Sequence record: SRR22947727_95
Strand: one strand, 5' to 3'
Length of the DNA stretch: 64,000 bases
Each line of letters begins with the position of its first letter. Position 1 is the first letter of the stretch. The position numbers and the translations under genes were made by a program. Shown here piece by piece: positions 1 through 10,455 of this stretch. The notes under the pieces are model-generated. The model made no database searches. It worked only from the letters and a program-made list of their open reading frames with translations, and was not told the DNA's origin.

Positions 1-1005
1 CTTTTCAAAATGATGATGGATTGGTGCCATACGGAAAATTCTTTTTCCTGTTAATTTAAATGAGGTAACTTGTATAATTACTGAAATAGCCTCTAAAACG
101 AATAAGCCACCGATAATAGCTAGAACTATCTCATGCTTTATAGCTACGGCAGTCACACCTAGTGCACCACCTAACGCCAGTGACCCAGTGTCACCCATAA
201 AAACCATCGCAGGTGGAGCATTATACCACAAAAAACCCAATGAGGCTCCAATGATGGCGCCCAAAAAAATAGTAATTTCAGCAGATCCGGGTATATAAGG
301 TATCCCCAAATAATTTGAAAAAATACTATTACCAACAAAGTATGCAATAAAAGCCAAACTCATACAGGCTATCATAACAGGTACTATGGCCAAACCATCA
401 AGTCCATCCGTAAGGTTTACAGCATTAGAAGCGCCCACTATTACTAGGCAACCAAAAGGAAGAAAGAAAACTCCCAGATTAAAAGTAAAATCCTTTAAAA
501 ATGGTATCGCAAGTCCTGTTTCAAACCCCTCTTTACCCGAAGGGAATACACCTGTTAAAAACCAACAAGCTACTAATGCTATAGCAAATTCAAGTACAAT
601 TTTTATTTTCCCACTAAACCCTTTTGGACTGTGCCTAGATACTTTTAAGAAGTCATCATAAAAGCCTATCAGGCCATAACTTAACGTTACTAACATCACT
701 ACCCATAAGAATGGGTTTTTTAAATCGGCCCAAAGCAATGTTGAGATTATAACACAAGTCAATATCAGCAACCCACCCATTGTCGGAGTTCCTGCTTTTT
801 TAATTATATGCCCCTCCGGTCCGTCTGTTCTTATGGGTTGTCCTTTACCTTGCCTGTCACGTAAGTATTTAATAAAATATGGACCTAGTATAAAAGCTAT
901 GAACATTGATGTCATCAATGCGCCTCCAACTCTAAATGTTATATAATTAAAAAGATTGAATATATGAATAGTTTCATCAAAAAACTTTAGTAATTCTAAG
1001 AACAT
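1..1005 (-). CDS. mraY: Phospho-N-acetylmuramoyl-pentapeptide transferase MraY (3' end runs off the window)
   Basis: Not in the ORF track. Manual translation from ATG at 1005, which overlaps the murF stop (TAATG), gives [29 protein letters not shown]... and reaches [13 protein letters not shown] at the window edge. It follows murF in dcw order. Confidence 0.96.
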   Translation of the reverse strand, partial: MFLELLKFFDETIHIFNLFNYITFRVGGALMTSMFIAFILGPYFIKYLRDRQGKGQPIRTDGPEGHIIKKAGTPTMGGLLILTCVIISTLLWADLKNPFLWVVMLVTLSYGLIGFYDDFLKVSRHSPKGFSGKIKIVLEFAIALVACWFLTGVFPSGKEGFETGLAIPFLKDFTFNLGVFFLPFGCLVIVGASNAVNLTDGLDGLAIVPVMIACMSLAFIAYFVGNSIFSNYLGIPYIPGSAEITIFLGAIIGASLGFLWYNAPPAMVFMGDTGSLALGGALGVTAVAIKHEIVLAIIGGLFVLEAISVIIQVTSFKLTGKRIFRMAPIHHHFEK

Positions 1006-2363
1006 TATATTTTTCCTACCTTTAAAGCCTCTACAAGCTTACCTAAATGAAGACTGTTTGATCCCTTAACAAGTATATTGTCACCATCTTCGATTTCATT
1101 CTTAAGCGCAATAATTGCTTGCTCCCAACATTTAACCGATGCTGAATGTGTTTGTGGAGGAAGAACATTTTTCAATGCATGCATATTTTTTCCAATCAAA
1201 ATTACTCGATCGATTGACGCTTCTTTAATCGGCTTAGAAAGTGATAAATGTAAATTTAGTTCATTTTTACCTAATTCATTCATGTCACCAAGAACAGCTA
1301 TTAAACGACCAGACTTTAAACCCAAAAGGTTTATAGAAGCCGTTGTTGATACTACGTTAGCATTATAACTTTCATCAATAAGAGTAATATTTTTGCCGTT
1401 AATATTGATTAGGGACTGCTCTCCTCTACCCGGTTGTGCTGTAATTGAGCTTAATGCAGTTGCTGCTTTTCTTAAATCAATACCTGCAGCATAGGCAACA
1501 GCCATGCATGTTGCAGCATTTTCAACCCAATGTTTTCCGGGAACCGAAATATAAATATCAATTAGCTGCTTATTTATTTTTAAACGTAAATTACTTCCAT
1601 CAACATTGCATTGATAAGACACAACTAACACATCTGATGTCACGGAATAACCAAAGGTAATTATTTTTTTGTCTTTAACCTTATTTGCAATATGGCTTGA
1701 GTATTCATTATCATTATTAAGTATTAATATTCCATTCGCAGTTAATCCATCAATAATTTCTGACTTAGCATCGGCTATTTCCATAACATTATTAAATTGT
1801 GCTAAATGCGCCTCGCCGACATTTGTTATAACTGCTATATCTGGCTTTAATAGTAATGAAAGTTCAGAAATCTCTCCTGCATGGTTCATACCAAGTTCAA
1901 ATATGCCATACCCAGTACTGCCTGGCATTCTAGCCATTGTAAGAGGTACACCCCATTTATTATTATACGACTTAATTGATTTGTGGGTACTGCCGACAGA
2001 AGAAAACATCTGAGCTAAAGCATCCTTCACACTCGTCTTTCCTACACTTCCAGTAACAGCTACTCTAAGAGATCCAGAGCGCTCTAATGCTGCCTTTCCA
2101 ATATCACATAAGGCTTCATAAGTGTTTTTAACAATAATTGTTTTATAAGAGTTTTTATTGATTGATAACGTTCCTCCAGCACCTTTTTTTATTGCTTCAG
2201 GAATAAATTTATGACCGTCACGTTCATCGATCAGCGGTACAAAAAGATCACCTTTTTGTAATGTACGTGTATCAATTGATATACCAAAGATATCAAAATC
2301 TTCAGACTCTTTGCCTCCAGTATAGTTAGCAATGTCTTTGGAAGTCCATAAAACTTTAGTCAT
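1005..2363 (-). CDS. murF: UDP-N-acetylmuramoyl-tripeptide--D-Ala-D-Ala ligase MurF
   Basis: Motifs [46 protein letters not shown]; dcw position. Confidence 0.97.
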   Translation of the reverse strand: MTKVLWTSKDIANYTGGKESEDFDIFGISIDTRTLQKGDLFVPLIDERDGHKFIPEAIKKGAGGTLSINKNSYKTIIVKNTYEALCDIGKAALERSGSLRVAVTGSVGKTSVKDALAQMFSSVGSTHKSIKSYNNKWGVPLTMARMPGSTGYGIFELGMNHAGEISELSLLLKPDIAVITNVGEAHLAQFNNVMEIADAKSEIIDGLTANGILILNNDNEYSSHIANKVKDKKIITFGYSVTSDVLVVSYQCNVDGSNLRLKINKQLIDIYISVPGKHWVENAATCMAVAYAAGIDLRKAATALSSITAQPGRGEQSLININGKNITLIDESYNANVVSTTASINLLGLKSGRLIAVLGDMNELGKNELNLHLSLSKPIKEASIDRVILIGKNMHALKNVLPPQTHSASVKCWEQAIIALKNEIEDGDNILVKGSNSLHLGKLVEALKVGKI

Positions 2364-3781
2364 AAAAAAAGCTCCTCAAGTATTAACTTGACTTCATCTA
2401 TGTCTGAAAATGGGATTGTTTGTTCTCCAATAATTTGGCCCTGTTCATGACCCTTTCCTGCAATCACCAGACAGTCTTTTGAGTTCAAACCTTTTATGCC
2501 TTCCAATATGGCGTTGTGACGGCAAGGAACCTCCAAGGCGCTCGGACAGCCCTTCATTATTGCACCCCGTATCTCAGATGGATCCTCAGTTCTAGGGTTA
2601 TCATCAGTTACAATTACTCTATCTGCTAAATGTGCAGCAACTTTGCCCATTTTAGCACGTTTACCCCTATCTCTATCACCGCCACATCCAAATACCACAG
2701 AAAGATTTCCTTCAGTGTGAGGCCTCAAGGAACGCAATAATTTATCTAACCCATCTTCAGTATGCGCAAAATCTATGAATATAGGCGATCTATCTTTTGT
2801 ATAACCAGCCAACTCCATACGACCGGAAACACCTTTTAATTTGGCAAGTGATTCAATGGCAATCTCTTCTTTCACACCAGTTTTCATTGCTAAACCTAAT
2901 GCCAAAATTGCATTCAAAACCTGAAACTCACCTACCAGAGGAAGTTCTAACTCATATTTTTTACTAAGCACTACGATCTTTATTTTTTGACTCGATGCGA
3001 GAGGCATAATCTCTTCAATTCGTATATCTTTACCAGACCAGCCGATCTCCATTACATTTTTTCCTGCCTCCAAACACTTTTTTGCCAGCCTTAAGCCATA
3101 CTCATCATCTGTGTTTATAACTGCTGTGGAATTTCTTTTGAGTAATTCTTGGAACAGTCTCTCCTTAGCTTTAAAGTAACTTTCAGCGCCTTGATGGTAA
3201 TCATAATGATCTTGAGTTAAATTAGTGAATCCTGCGACTTTAATAGTCACTGCATCAAGTCTTCTTTGATCCAATCCGTGAGAAGAGGCCTCCATAGCAA
3301 CATGAGTAATCCCATCATCGTTTAATTTTGATAAAATCTTATGTAACTGCACTGCATCGGGTGTTGTATGATCTAACTTTTGGATTGTCTTTTTTGCCAC
3401 TACACCAAGTGTTCCAAAACAAGCAGCCTGTTCTCCACAAAGAGTCCAAATTTGACGTAAAAAATCAGCAGTAGAGCTTTTCCCATTTGTTCCTGTTATA
3501 GCAACTAAATTTTCAGGCTGACCTGAATGAAACTTTCCTGCCATCTGCGCATAAATTAACCTTGGCTCTTTAGTTGAAATATAAGGCACTGATATATCCA
3601 TATGGCCATACGATAGCACAGCGATAGCGCCTTTATTTATTGCCTCACCTATAAAATTACGACCATCTATAGTAGAGCCTGGAAGAGCCGCAAAAATATA
3701 CCCTTTTTTTACTTGGCGGCTATCACAGGTTATTCCATGGACATATAAATCACTATTAAAACCAAAATCTTTTAACTTCAT
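2360..3781 (-). CDS. murE: UDP-N-acetylmuramoyl-L-alanyl-D-glutamate--2,6-diaminopimelate ligase MurE
   Basis: Motifs ITGTNGKSS, TTPD, MEASSHGL, FTNLTQDH, DNPR (mDAP-type), AGKGHE. Confidence 0.97.
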   Translation of the reverse strand: MKLKDFGFNSDLYVHGITCDSRQVKKGYIFAALPGSTIDGRNFIGEAINKGAIAVLSYGHMDISVPYISTKEPRLIYAQMAGKFHSGQPENLVAITGTNGKSSTADFLRQIWTLCGEQAACFGTLGVVAKKTIQKLDHTTPDAVQLHKILSKLNDDGITHVAMEASSHGLDQRRLDAVTIKVAGFTNLTQDHYDYHQGAESYFKAKERLFQELLKRNSTAVINTDDEYGLRLAKKCLEAGKNVMEIGWSGKDIRIEEIMPLASSQKIKIVVLSKKYELELPLVGEFQVLNAILALGLAMKTGVKEEIAIESLAKLKGVSGRMELAGYTKDRSPIFIDFAHTEDGLDKLLRSLRPHTEGNLSVVFGCGGDRDRGKRAKMGKVAAHLADRVIVTDDNPRTEDPSEIRGAIMKGCPSALEVPCRHNAILEGIKGLNSKDCLVIAGKGHEQGQIIGEQTIPFSDIDEVKLILEELFL

Positions 3782-5457
3782 GGAGACAACTCCAAACCTA
3801 AAGGGCTTTTTACTAAAGGTGATACCTTTCGCGGCACACCTAACATTGGCGCCACTCGTTCAATTATTGCCCCAGTAGTCGGGGCTGCATTCCAACCTGC
3901 TCCTTTAAATCCATATGTATCTGGCCCAGATTGAGGTTCATCATATGTTACCATAACAAGATAAGTTGGGTCTTCATAAGGAAATGCCGCAACAAATGAG
4001 GTAACTAAACGATCTTGATCATAAACACCTTTAATCGGCTTTTCAGCAGTTCCTGTTTTTCCTAGCACACCATAACCTGGAACATTTGCATTTTTTCCAG
4101 TTCCGTTTGTAACAACATATCGCATCATATCTTTTACTGACTTAGATGTTTCAGAAGAAAATACTCTTCGAGTTTCCAACTTTGAATTGGGGTTATATTT
4201 TAATATGGTTGGCGATATATATAAACCATCATTAAGCGTAGCGCCTATAGCAGCTGCTAAAGCTAAAGGAGTAACCGAAATACCATGCCCGTATGATACT
4301 GTAACCGTTGTTAAATCGATCCAATTATCTTGTATTTGAGGTTTAGTACTTTCAAATAGCTCGATAGGAGCCCTATCAAATAAACCTAATTCTTGTAGGT
4401 ATTTTTTTTGCCGTTCAACACCAACCTTTAAGGCCAGCATAGCAGTTCCTCTATTAGAGCTCTCAGCTAATATATCAGGCATAGAAAGGGGAATTTTACT
4501 TGGGTGTTCTTCACGTATAGATAAATTACGAACCCTAAAAGGCTTATGAACTGGATAAGTTTCTGTCAATGAAGACACGTCATCCTCTAAAGCCATAGCC
4601 ATTGTCAGCGGCTTGAAAACTGAACCCAAATCATAGGTTGACATAGTAGCATTATTAAATTCAGCTCTGGGATCGGTTACTCCTGGATTATTAGGGTCAT
4701 AATTTGGTAAGCTTACCATAGAGAGTATTTCACCAGTCTTAATATTTAAAACAATCCCTGCATTAGAGTACGATCGGTGCTTTTGCATACCCTTTCGCAA
4801 CTCATCATAAACTGCATACTGTACGCGCATATCAACTGAAAGGTTAATTGCTTCAAATTTACCAGATGATAGTTCTTTGTTGAAGGCACGTTCAGATCCT
4901 GCGGTACCAATGAGGTCTGGGTCAGTATGACCCACTATGTGAGATGCTAAATTTCTACGAGGATAAATTCTCTTTAATTCTTCACGAAATGTTACTCCCG
5001 GAAGACCAAGTGAAAATATAGCTTGCCGCTCTTTTGGATTCAGCCCTCGCTCAATTCGTACATATGATTTTGATGAATTTATTCGTTTAGATAAAATATC
5101 AAGATCAAGAAGTGGTCTCACTGAAGAAATTTTTTGTATAGTTTCTGAACTATCCCAAATTTTCTTTGGCTCAACATAAAGAGAATAAGTTCTTAAAGTG
5201 GTTGCCAGTACTTGATTGTTACGATCATGAATATCAGCCCTAGAAGTTTCAACAGCAGATGTAATAAAATTAGGGGCGCGCTTTTTACCAGATAGGGAAA
5301 CAAACCCTAATCTAATTATTACTAATAACAGAACAAACACAAAAAGAATTATACCGAACTTTATTCTCACGCGCGCTTCAGCTATAGGTTTAAAATCATC
5401 TTCCAAAAACATGGTACTGTTTTTTTCATAGGAGGCGGTCCCATTAAAATTAATCAA
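3778..5457 (-). CDS. ftsI: Septal transpeptidase FtsI (PBP3)
   Basis: N-terminal TM helix, RADIHDRN, catalytic SxxK (GSVFK), SxN (SSN) and KTG motifs; dcw position. Confidence 0.95.
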   Translation of the reverse strand: MINFNGTASYEKNSTMFLEDDFKPIAEARVRIKFGIILFVFVLLLVIIRLGFVSLSGKKRAPNFITSAVETSRADIHDRNNQVLATTLRTYSLYVEPKKIWDSSETIQKISSVRPLLDLDILSKRINSSKSYVRIERGLNPKERQAIFSLGLPGVTFREELKRIYPRRNLASHIVGHTDPDLIGTAGSERAFNKELSSGKFEAINLSVDMRVQYAVYDELRKGMQKHRSYSNAGIVLNIKTGEILSMVSLPNYDPNNPGVTDPRAEFNNATMSTYDLGSVFKPLTMAMALEDDVSSLTETYPVHKPFRVRNLSIREEHPSKIPLSMPDILAESSNRGTAMLALKVGVERQKKYLQELGLFDRAPIELFESTKPQIQDNWIDLTTVTVSYGHGISVTPLALAAAIGATLNDGLYISPTILKYNPNSKLETRRVFSSETSKSVKDMMRYVVTNGTGKNANVPGYGVLGKTGTAEKPIKGVYDQDRLVTSFVAAFPYEDPTYLVMVTYDEPQSGPDTYGFKGAGWNAAPTTGAIIERVAPMLGVPRKVSPLVKSPLGLELSP

Positions 5458-5788
5458 CTTTAGCCTCCCTTAATGGAAATTCATTAACTATCTCGTCAAT
5501 TGATATAATGTTCTTTGCGCTAATAGGCTGAAGGCTAAGATAAATATTCGACAAATTTCTCAAACGATCTGGATTCTCTAAAAATGCAATTTCAGCCTGA
5601 AGTACTCTTATAGCATTTTCCTCCTCAACTACCAGACGCTCCAATCTTCGAACCTCTTGATTTGCAGTTTGTGATCTTATTTTTACGTAGTATAGAGCAA
5701 TAATTAATGCCACTCCGATGATGAGCATAATTATTCCTGTCATGCGGCGAGCAATATTCATATTATTAGGAATATATACTTCATTCAT
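5450..5788 (-). CDS. ftsL: Cell division protein FtsL
   Basis: Single TM helix then coiled coil (LQAEIAFLENPDRL); lies between rsmH and ftsI. Confidence 0.85.
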   Translation of the reverse strand: MNEVYIPNNMNIARRMTGIIMLIIGVALIIALYYVKIRSQTANQEVRRLERLVVEEENAIRVLQAEIAFLENPDRLRNLSNIYLSLQPISAKNIISIDEIVNEFPLREAKVD

Positions 5789-6765
5789 AATAATTTCTCC
5801 ATTTGCTCCAACCCAATTACATCAGGCAATAATTGATCATCTGCATTGAATGACACTTTATCTGTTCTTATAGCATATCGTAGTTTTGCAGATCTTGAAC
5901 GCGGGTTTTCTTTTATTTCATTCTTCTGAGGTTTGATTACAGACCTTTTTCCATCGATAAAAGTTTGTTCAATGTCATCTTTCTGCTGCTCAGGCACATA
6001 ACGAGACACTGAGGCCATACTTCCGGAACGCCTTCTTAAAAATGATTTTACTAATCGATCTTCCAGAGAGTGAAAAGTTACAACCAATAATTTTCCGCCT
6101 GGTTTGAGAACCCTTTCAGCAGCACAAAGACCTTTATATAACTCGCCTAATTCATCATTTATAAAAATCCTTAACGCCTGGAATATACGAGTAGCTGGAT
6201 GTATTTTTCCACTTCTTCCTAATGTTTTTTCAATAATTGAAGCTAGATCAGCTGTAGTTTCTATGTATTTATTCTGTCGTGATTTTATGATGGCATCAGC
6301 AGCTTTACGCGAATATTTTTCCTCTCCATAAACCTTAAAAATTCTTACTAGGTTATCATAAGATAGTAAGTTTACTGCATCCGCAGCAGTAGCGCCCGTA
6401 CTACTCATTCTCATATCTAGAGGTCCTGAACGCATAAAAGAAAATCCTCTTTCTGCTCGATCGATCTGCATTGATGAAACGCCTATATCCATAACCACTG
6501 CATCAACCATTGGCAGATCAATTCTGTCCATTTCTGAAAATTTAGTTTCAATAAAACTAAATCGATTACTGTATTTAACTTGTAATTCTTTAACCCGCTT
6601 ATGTACATTTGGGTCTCGGTCTAAGCCTATTACATTGCACCTTTTTGAGCTTAAAAAAGCCTCGCTATACCCACCGTTGCCAAATGTAGAGTCAATATAT
6701 AGCCCTCTATCTTTCAAATCCATTGCTGCGATTACTTCAGGCAACATAACTGGATAATGCTTCAT
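5785..6765 (-). CDS. rsmH: 16S rRNA m4C1402 methyltransferase RsmH
   Basis: Motifs HYPVM, DSTFGNGGYS, DIGVSSMQID, GPLDMRM, FHSLEDR, NPRSRSAKLR. Confidence 0.97.
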   Translation of the reverse strand: MKHYPVMLPEVIAAMDLKDRGLYIDSTFGNGGYSEAFLSSKRCNVIGLDRDPNVHKRVKELQVKYSNRFSFIETKFSEMDRIDLPMVDAVVMDIGVSSMQIDRAERGFSFMRSGPLDMRMSSTGATAADAVNLLSYDNLVRIFKVYGEEKYSRKAADAIIKSRQNKYIETTADLASIIEKTLGRSGKIHPATRIFQALRIFINDELGELYKGLCAAERVLKPGGKLLVVTFHSLEDRLVKSFLRRRSGSMASVSRYVPEQQKDDIEQTFIDGKRSVIKPQKNEIKENPRSRSAKLRYAIRTDKVSFNADDQLLPDVIGLEQMEKLL

Positions 6766-7232
6766 CTAACATCTCCAGAATTACTGGTTTTTAGAATATG
6801 ACGACTTTCCCTTGCAAGAGTCAAAATAGACTCCCTTCTCTCTTCAAATAATTTAGGATTCCAAATTTCAAACCTTCTACCTAGGCCCACAAAAGTTACC
6901 TTACCATTGAGGTTCGCAAATTCATGCATATCCTTAGGTAAAGACACACGCCCGCCACCATCAAATGCAAGCTGCCGCGATGAAGCAAATATTGCATATT
7001 GTAACGCTGAACGTTCTGGATCGTAGTGCTCTTTAAGGTCCAAAGAAGCTTGGAAGTCCTCCATTAGGGATATACCGCCGCCCTCCAAGAAGTTACCATC
7101 CAGACTAGGCCAAATAACAATGCCATCAAAAGGCGATCTCTTGCTATCATTAGATATTGTAGATCGAAAATCAGCCGGCACAGAGACACGGCCCTTTGCG
7201 TCTAAATTGTTTGTTACTGTTGACAAGAACAT
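6762..7232 (-). CDS. mraZ: Division/cell wall cluster transcriptional regulator MraZ
   Basis: Two AbrB-like repeats (LDAKGRVSVP, FDGGGRVSLP) and FEIW. ATG at 7232 preferred over the ORF-track GTG at 7244. Confidence 0.95.
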   Translation of the reverse strand: MFLSTVTNNLDAKGRVSVPADFRSTISNDSKRSPFDGIVIWPSLDGNFLEGGGISLMEDFQASLDLKEHYDPERSALQYAIFASSRQLAFDGGGRVSLPKDMHEFANLNGKVTFVGLGRRFEIWNPKLFEERRESILTLARESRHILKTSNSGDVR

Positions 7233-7274
7233 GAAAACACCCACTACAAACTAATGAATTAAATAAATTTAATA

Positions 7275-7310
7275 ATGGGATAACATGGGATTGTATGGGA
7301 TACAATGCCA
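7275..7310. promoter_or_regulatory. Probable MraZ operator: three ATGGGAT direct repeats at 10-bp spacing plus a degenerate fourth
   Basis: ATGGGAT at 7275, 7285 and 7295, ATGCCA at 7305, about 45-80 bp upstream of mraZ. Matches the known TGGGN-N5 repeat operator of MraZ. Confidence 0.8.
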
Positions 7311-7395
7311 AATTAATAAAAAATTAGTAATTTTATACTGATTGAATAATAGAAATTATTAATAATTGTTGCGTAATAAAAAAAAGGAAAGTCTA

Positions 7396-7766
7396 AGTGT
7401 CGTAGGGCCTATAAGCCGGGTTCTGTATCTGCTAATGCAGTGATGATCATTCCTCTAGAAGCATTATTACTAATACTTTCAAGCGACACACCCGAACAGC
7501 GATGATAAAGCACATCACATGCTGTTCCTATTTGGTCTTGCTCCAGATGGGGTTTACCATGCCGCTAAAGTTACCTTCAACGCGGTGCGCTCTTACCGCA
7601 CCCTTTCAGCTTTTCCTAGGCTTGCCTAGGTAGTTTTCTTTCTGTGGCACTATCCCTAAACTGACACATGTGTATCAATTTGCCGGGCGTTACCCGGCAT
7701 CCTGCTTTATTGGAGCCCGGACTTTCCTCGAATAATTAATACTCGCGATCACCCAACCCTACGACA
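7396..7766 (-). ncRNA. rnpB: RNase P RNA, bacterial type A
   Basis: Minus strand has GAGGAAAGTCCGGGCTCC near the 5' end, AGTGCCACAGAAA internally and ACAGAACCCGGCTTATAGGCCC near the 3' end. P1 is formed by GTCGTAGGG/CCCTACGAC. Usual position upstream of mraZ. Confidence 0.97.
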
Positions 7767-7830
7767 AAAATAATAAAGCTTGGTTTTAACTCATAAGTCA
7801 AGATAGACTAAGAAGAAAAGAGGTAAAAAA

Positions 7831-9546
7831 ATGCTTAAAGTTTTGAGCTCTATTTTGATATTAGGTTTATTTGGATTTGGTGAAATTACTTACCCCAAAA
7901 AAGAAAATATCACTATATATCCAGCACATAAAATCTTAACAGTTGATCAAGCAATGACTGAAGCCGAAGCAGTCGCTGTAAGTGAAAATGGAAAAATTAT
8001 TGCAATTGATACCTTTTACAACCTTAAAGACAGATTTAAAAACGCCGAAATAAATAATAATTTTAGAAATAAAGTGATTATACCCGGTCTTATAGATCCA
8101 CATGTTCATATGACCCTAGGTGCTATGATGTATGGTCTAGACTTTATCCCGCCTTGGGAAATGGAAACCCCATCTGGAATAGTTAAGGGTATCTCAAATA
8201 AGCACGATTTACTAAAAAGAATCACTGAATTAGAAAAAAATTCACAAGATGGCCCCCTCATATTATATGGCTATCATAATCTAGTTCAGGGCGAACTCTC
8301 ACGAGATGACTTAGATAAAATTTCAAAATCTCGACCTATATTTATTTGGCACTATTCTGGCCATGACTTTTATCTAAATTCTGCCGCTATTAAAAAATCA
8401 GATCTCTCAAAAAAACTCGCAAATCAATTCGATGGCATAGGCTTGAATGAAAAGGGAGAACTAAATGGAAGAGTTTATGAAGATGCAGCTTTATATTTAT
8501 TTAAAACATTAGCTCCAGAACTAATGTCTTCGTCCCATATTAAAAAAGGATGGGAGGGCTATGAAAGCATTCTATCAAGGTCAGGAGTAACCTCAGTCGC
8601 AGAAATGGGGTATGGTATTTTTGGAACTCAAATAGAAGATATTTTTACAAGTAATTTTTACACAAAAGAAGATCATTACCGCCTTTTTCAAATACCTGAA
8701 CATAGAGCATTTGAAAAAGAATTTGGCCAGAACAAAATAAAAAAAATAGTCAAACTTAGCAAAGAAAAAACCAGAAGTGCTAAAGTTTTAAAACAAGTGA
8801 AACTATTTACTGATGCAGCATTTTATTCTCAAACAATGAAGATGCTGGAACCTGGTTACATAGGAGGTCAAAGCAAAGGAAAAACAGGATTACTAGTTAC
8901 TGATCCAAATATATTAACTAGAACGATTAAAGAATACTGGGATGAAGGTATTGATATTCATATCCATTCTAATGGAGACGCAGCTCAAGATGTTACTCTC
9001 GAGGCATTCGAAAAACAAAAAGAAGGAAAACTAGGTCAGCGTTTCATAATAGAGCATGGAGGTCTATTTTTACCAGAACAGATATCCAAAGCAGCAAGAT
9101 TAGGGGTAGGCCTATCAGTAGCTTCCCATTATGTAAAATATATGGGAGATGATTATAAGGATGCTATAGGCAATAAAACACAATATATCACACCTCTTGC
9201 CTCCGCATTTAGTGCTGGTATTCACACGACATTACACTCAGATGCGCCGCTAGCACCTCCACAACCACTGGTTGCGGCTAGCGCCCACATAACTAGAAAA
9301 ACAAGACAAGGCAATATAAGCAATCCAAAAGAAAGAATTACTCCAATACAGGCTCTAAAAGCAATTACAATAGAGGCGGCTTGGTCTTTAGGTCTAGACA
9401 AAGAGATCGGATCAATTGAAGTAGGTAAGAAAGCAGATTTCACCATCTTAGATAAGAATCCACTAACAACAGAACCAGAGGAATGGCCAAATATCATAAT
9501 TCATGGGACATTTGTGGATGGAGTATTCAAAAAAAATGTGTATTAA
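7831..9546 (+). CDS. Metal-dependent amidohydrolase (Amidohydro_3/YtcJ-like), probably exported
   Basis: Motifs PGLIDPHVH, HIHSNGD, IEHG, HSDAP, GSIEVGKKADF; hydrophobic signal-like N-terminus. Confidence 0.88.
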   Translation: MLKVLSSILILGLFGFGEITYPKKENITIYPAHKILTVDQAMTEAEAVAVSENGKIIAIDTFYNLKDRFKNAEINNNFRNKVIIPGLIDPHVHMTLGAMMYGLDFIPPWEMETPSGIVKGISNKHDLLKRITELEKNSQDGPLILYGYHNLVQGELSRDDLDKISKSRPIFIWHYSGHDFYLNSAAIKKSDLSKKLANQFDGIGLNEKGELNGRVYEDAALYLFKTLAPELMSSSHIKKGWEGYESILSRSGVTSVAEMGYGIFGTQIEDIFTSNFYTKEDHYRLFQIPEHRAFEKEFGQNKIKKIVKLSKEKTRSAKVLKQVKLFTDAAFYSQTMKMLEPGYIGGQSKGKTGLLVTDPNILTRTIKEYWDEGIDIHIHSNGDAAQDVTLEAFEKQKEGKLGQRFIIEHGGLFLPEQISKAARLGVGLSVASHYVKYMGDDYKDAIGNKTQYITPLASAFSAGIHTTLHSDAPLAPPQPLVAASAHITRKTRQGNISNPKERITPIQALKAITIEAAWSLGLDKEIGSIEVGKKADFTILDKNPLTTEPEEWPNIIIHGTFVDGVFKKNVY

Positions 9547-10455
9547 ATGAATATATCCAACATCGATGAAATTAGATTTGAGCTTAGCAGCAGTTCTGAA
9601 ATAGCACTTTCCGTGTCACTAGCAGTGATGATGTTTGCGGTGGCGCTAAGTTTAAAATTGGAGCACTTTCGCTTTTTTAAAGAAAATCCAAAAGTATACT
9701 TTACTGGAGTAATATCCCAAATTATTTTTTTACCCGCTTTGACAGTTATCTTATGCTATCTCACAAACCCACATCCTAGTGTAGCACTTGGGATGATTTT
9801 AATTTCCTGCTGTCCCGGCGGTAACGTGTCAAATTTATTATCAATGTTTGGAAGAGCTAATACCGCTTTATCCATTTCCTTAACTGCGACAAGTAGTTTA
9901 GCCGCAGCCTTTATAACACCTCTATCTATTATTTTTTGGTGCGGGCTTTATAGCCCCACACAAAACCTGCTATCAGAAATAACTTTTGATAAATTAAACT
10001 TTTTATTCAATACATTCTTAATATTAGCGCTACCTCTACTTATAGGTGTAAGTCTACTTTATTTATTTCCGAAGTTTGCAAAGAAAATCTATAATTCCGT
10101 ATCGCTTATTTCTGCTATTTGCTTGCTACTAATTATAGTGTTCGCATTTATCGAATACTTTGAAGTTTTTTTACAAATTGGCATTAGCATAATAGTTTTA
10201 ATTATTGTTCACAATACACTCGCATTTTTGCTTGGTTATATTTCTGGTTTGACAATAAATGCGAGTAAAGCCTCTGCTCGCTCACTTACTTTTGAAATAG
10301 GTATACAGAACTCAGGGCTAGGAATAGTAATTTTACTAACACAACTTGATGGAATAGGGGGTGCAGGTATAGTAGCAGGTTTATGGGGAATTTGGCACAT
10401 AATTGCAGGGTTAATATTAGTAGGTTTTTTCAGATGGAAAGATAGTTATGTATGA
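9547..10455 (+). CDS. Bile acid:sodium symporter (BASS/SLC10) family transporter
   Basis: Multi-TM protein with CCPGGNVSN and FEIGIQNSGL family motifs. Confidence 0.9.
   Translation: MNISNIDEIRFELSSSSEIALSVSLAVMMFAVALSLKLEHFRFFKENPKVYFTGVISQIIFLPALTVILCYLTNPHPSVALGMILISCCPGGNVSNLLSMFGRANTALSISLTATSSLAAAFITPLSIIFWCGLYSPTQNLLSEITFDKLNFLFNTFLILALPLLIGVSLLYLFPKFAKKIYNSVSLISAICLLLIIVFAFIEYFEVFLQIGISIIVLIIVHNTLAFLLGYISGLTINASKASARSLTFEIGIQNSGLGIVILLTQLDGIGGAGIVAGLWGIWHIIAGLILVGFFRWKDSYV

Noticed and set aside
386-661. Short plus-strand ORFs over mraY/murF and similar antisense ORFs across the window (for example 32556-33017, 38624-39121, 21003-21461)
   Set aside because: All overlap well-supported genes on the opposite strand and have no independent coding signal.
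7259-7272. Possible CtrA site upstream of mraZ (and a similar one near 40365)
   Set aside because: Spacing is TTAA-N6-TTAA rather than N7, and such strings are expected by chance in AT-rich DNA.
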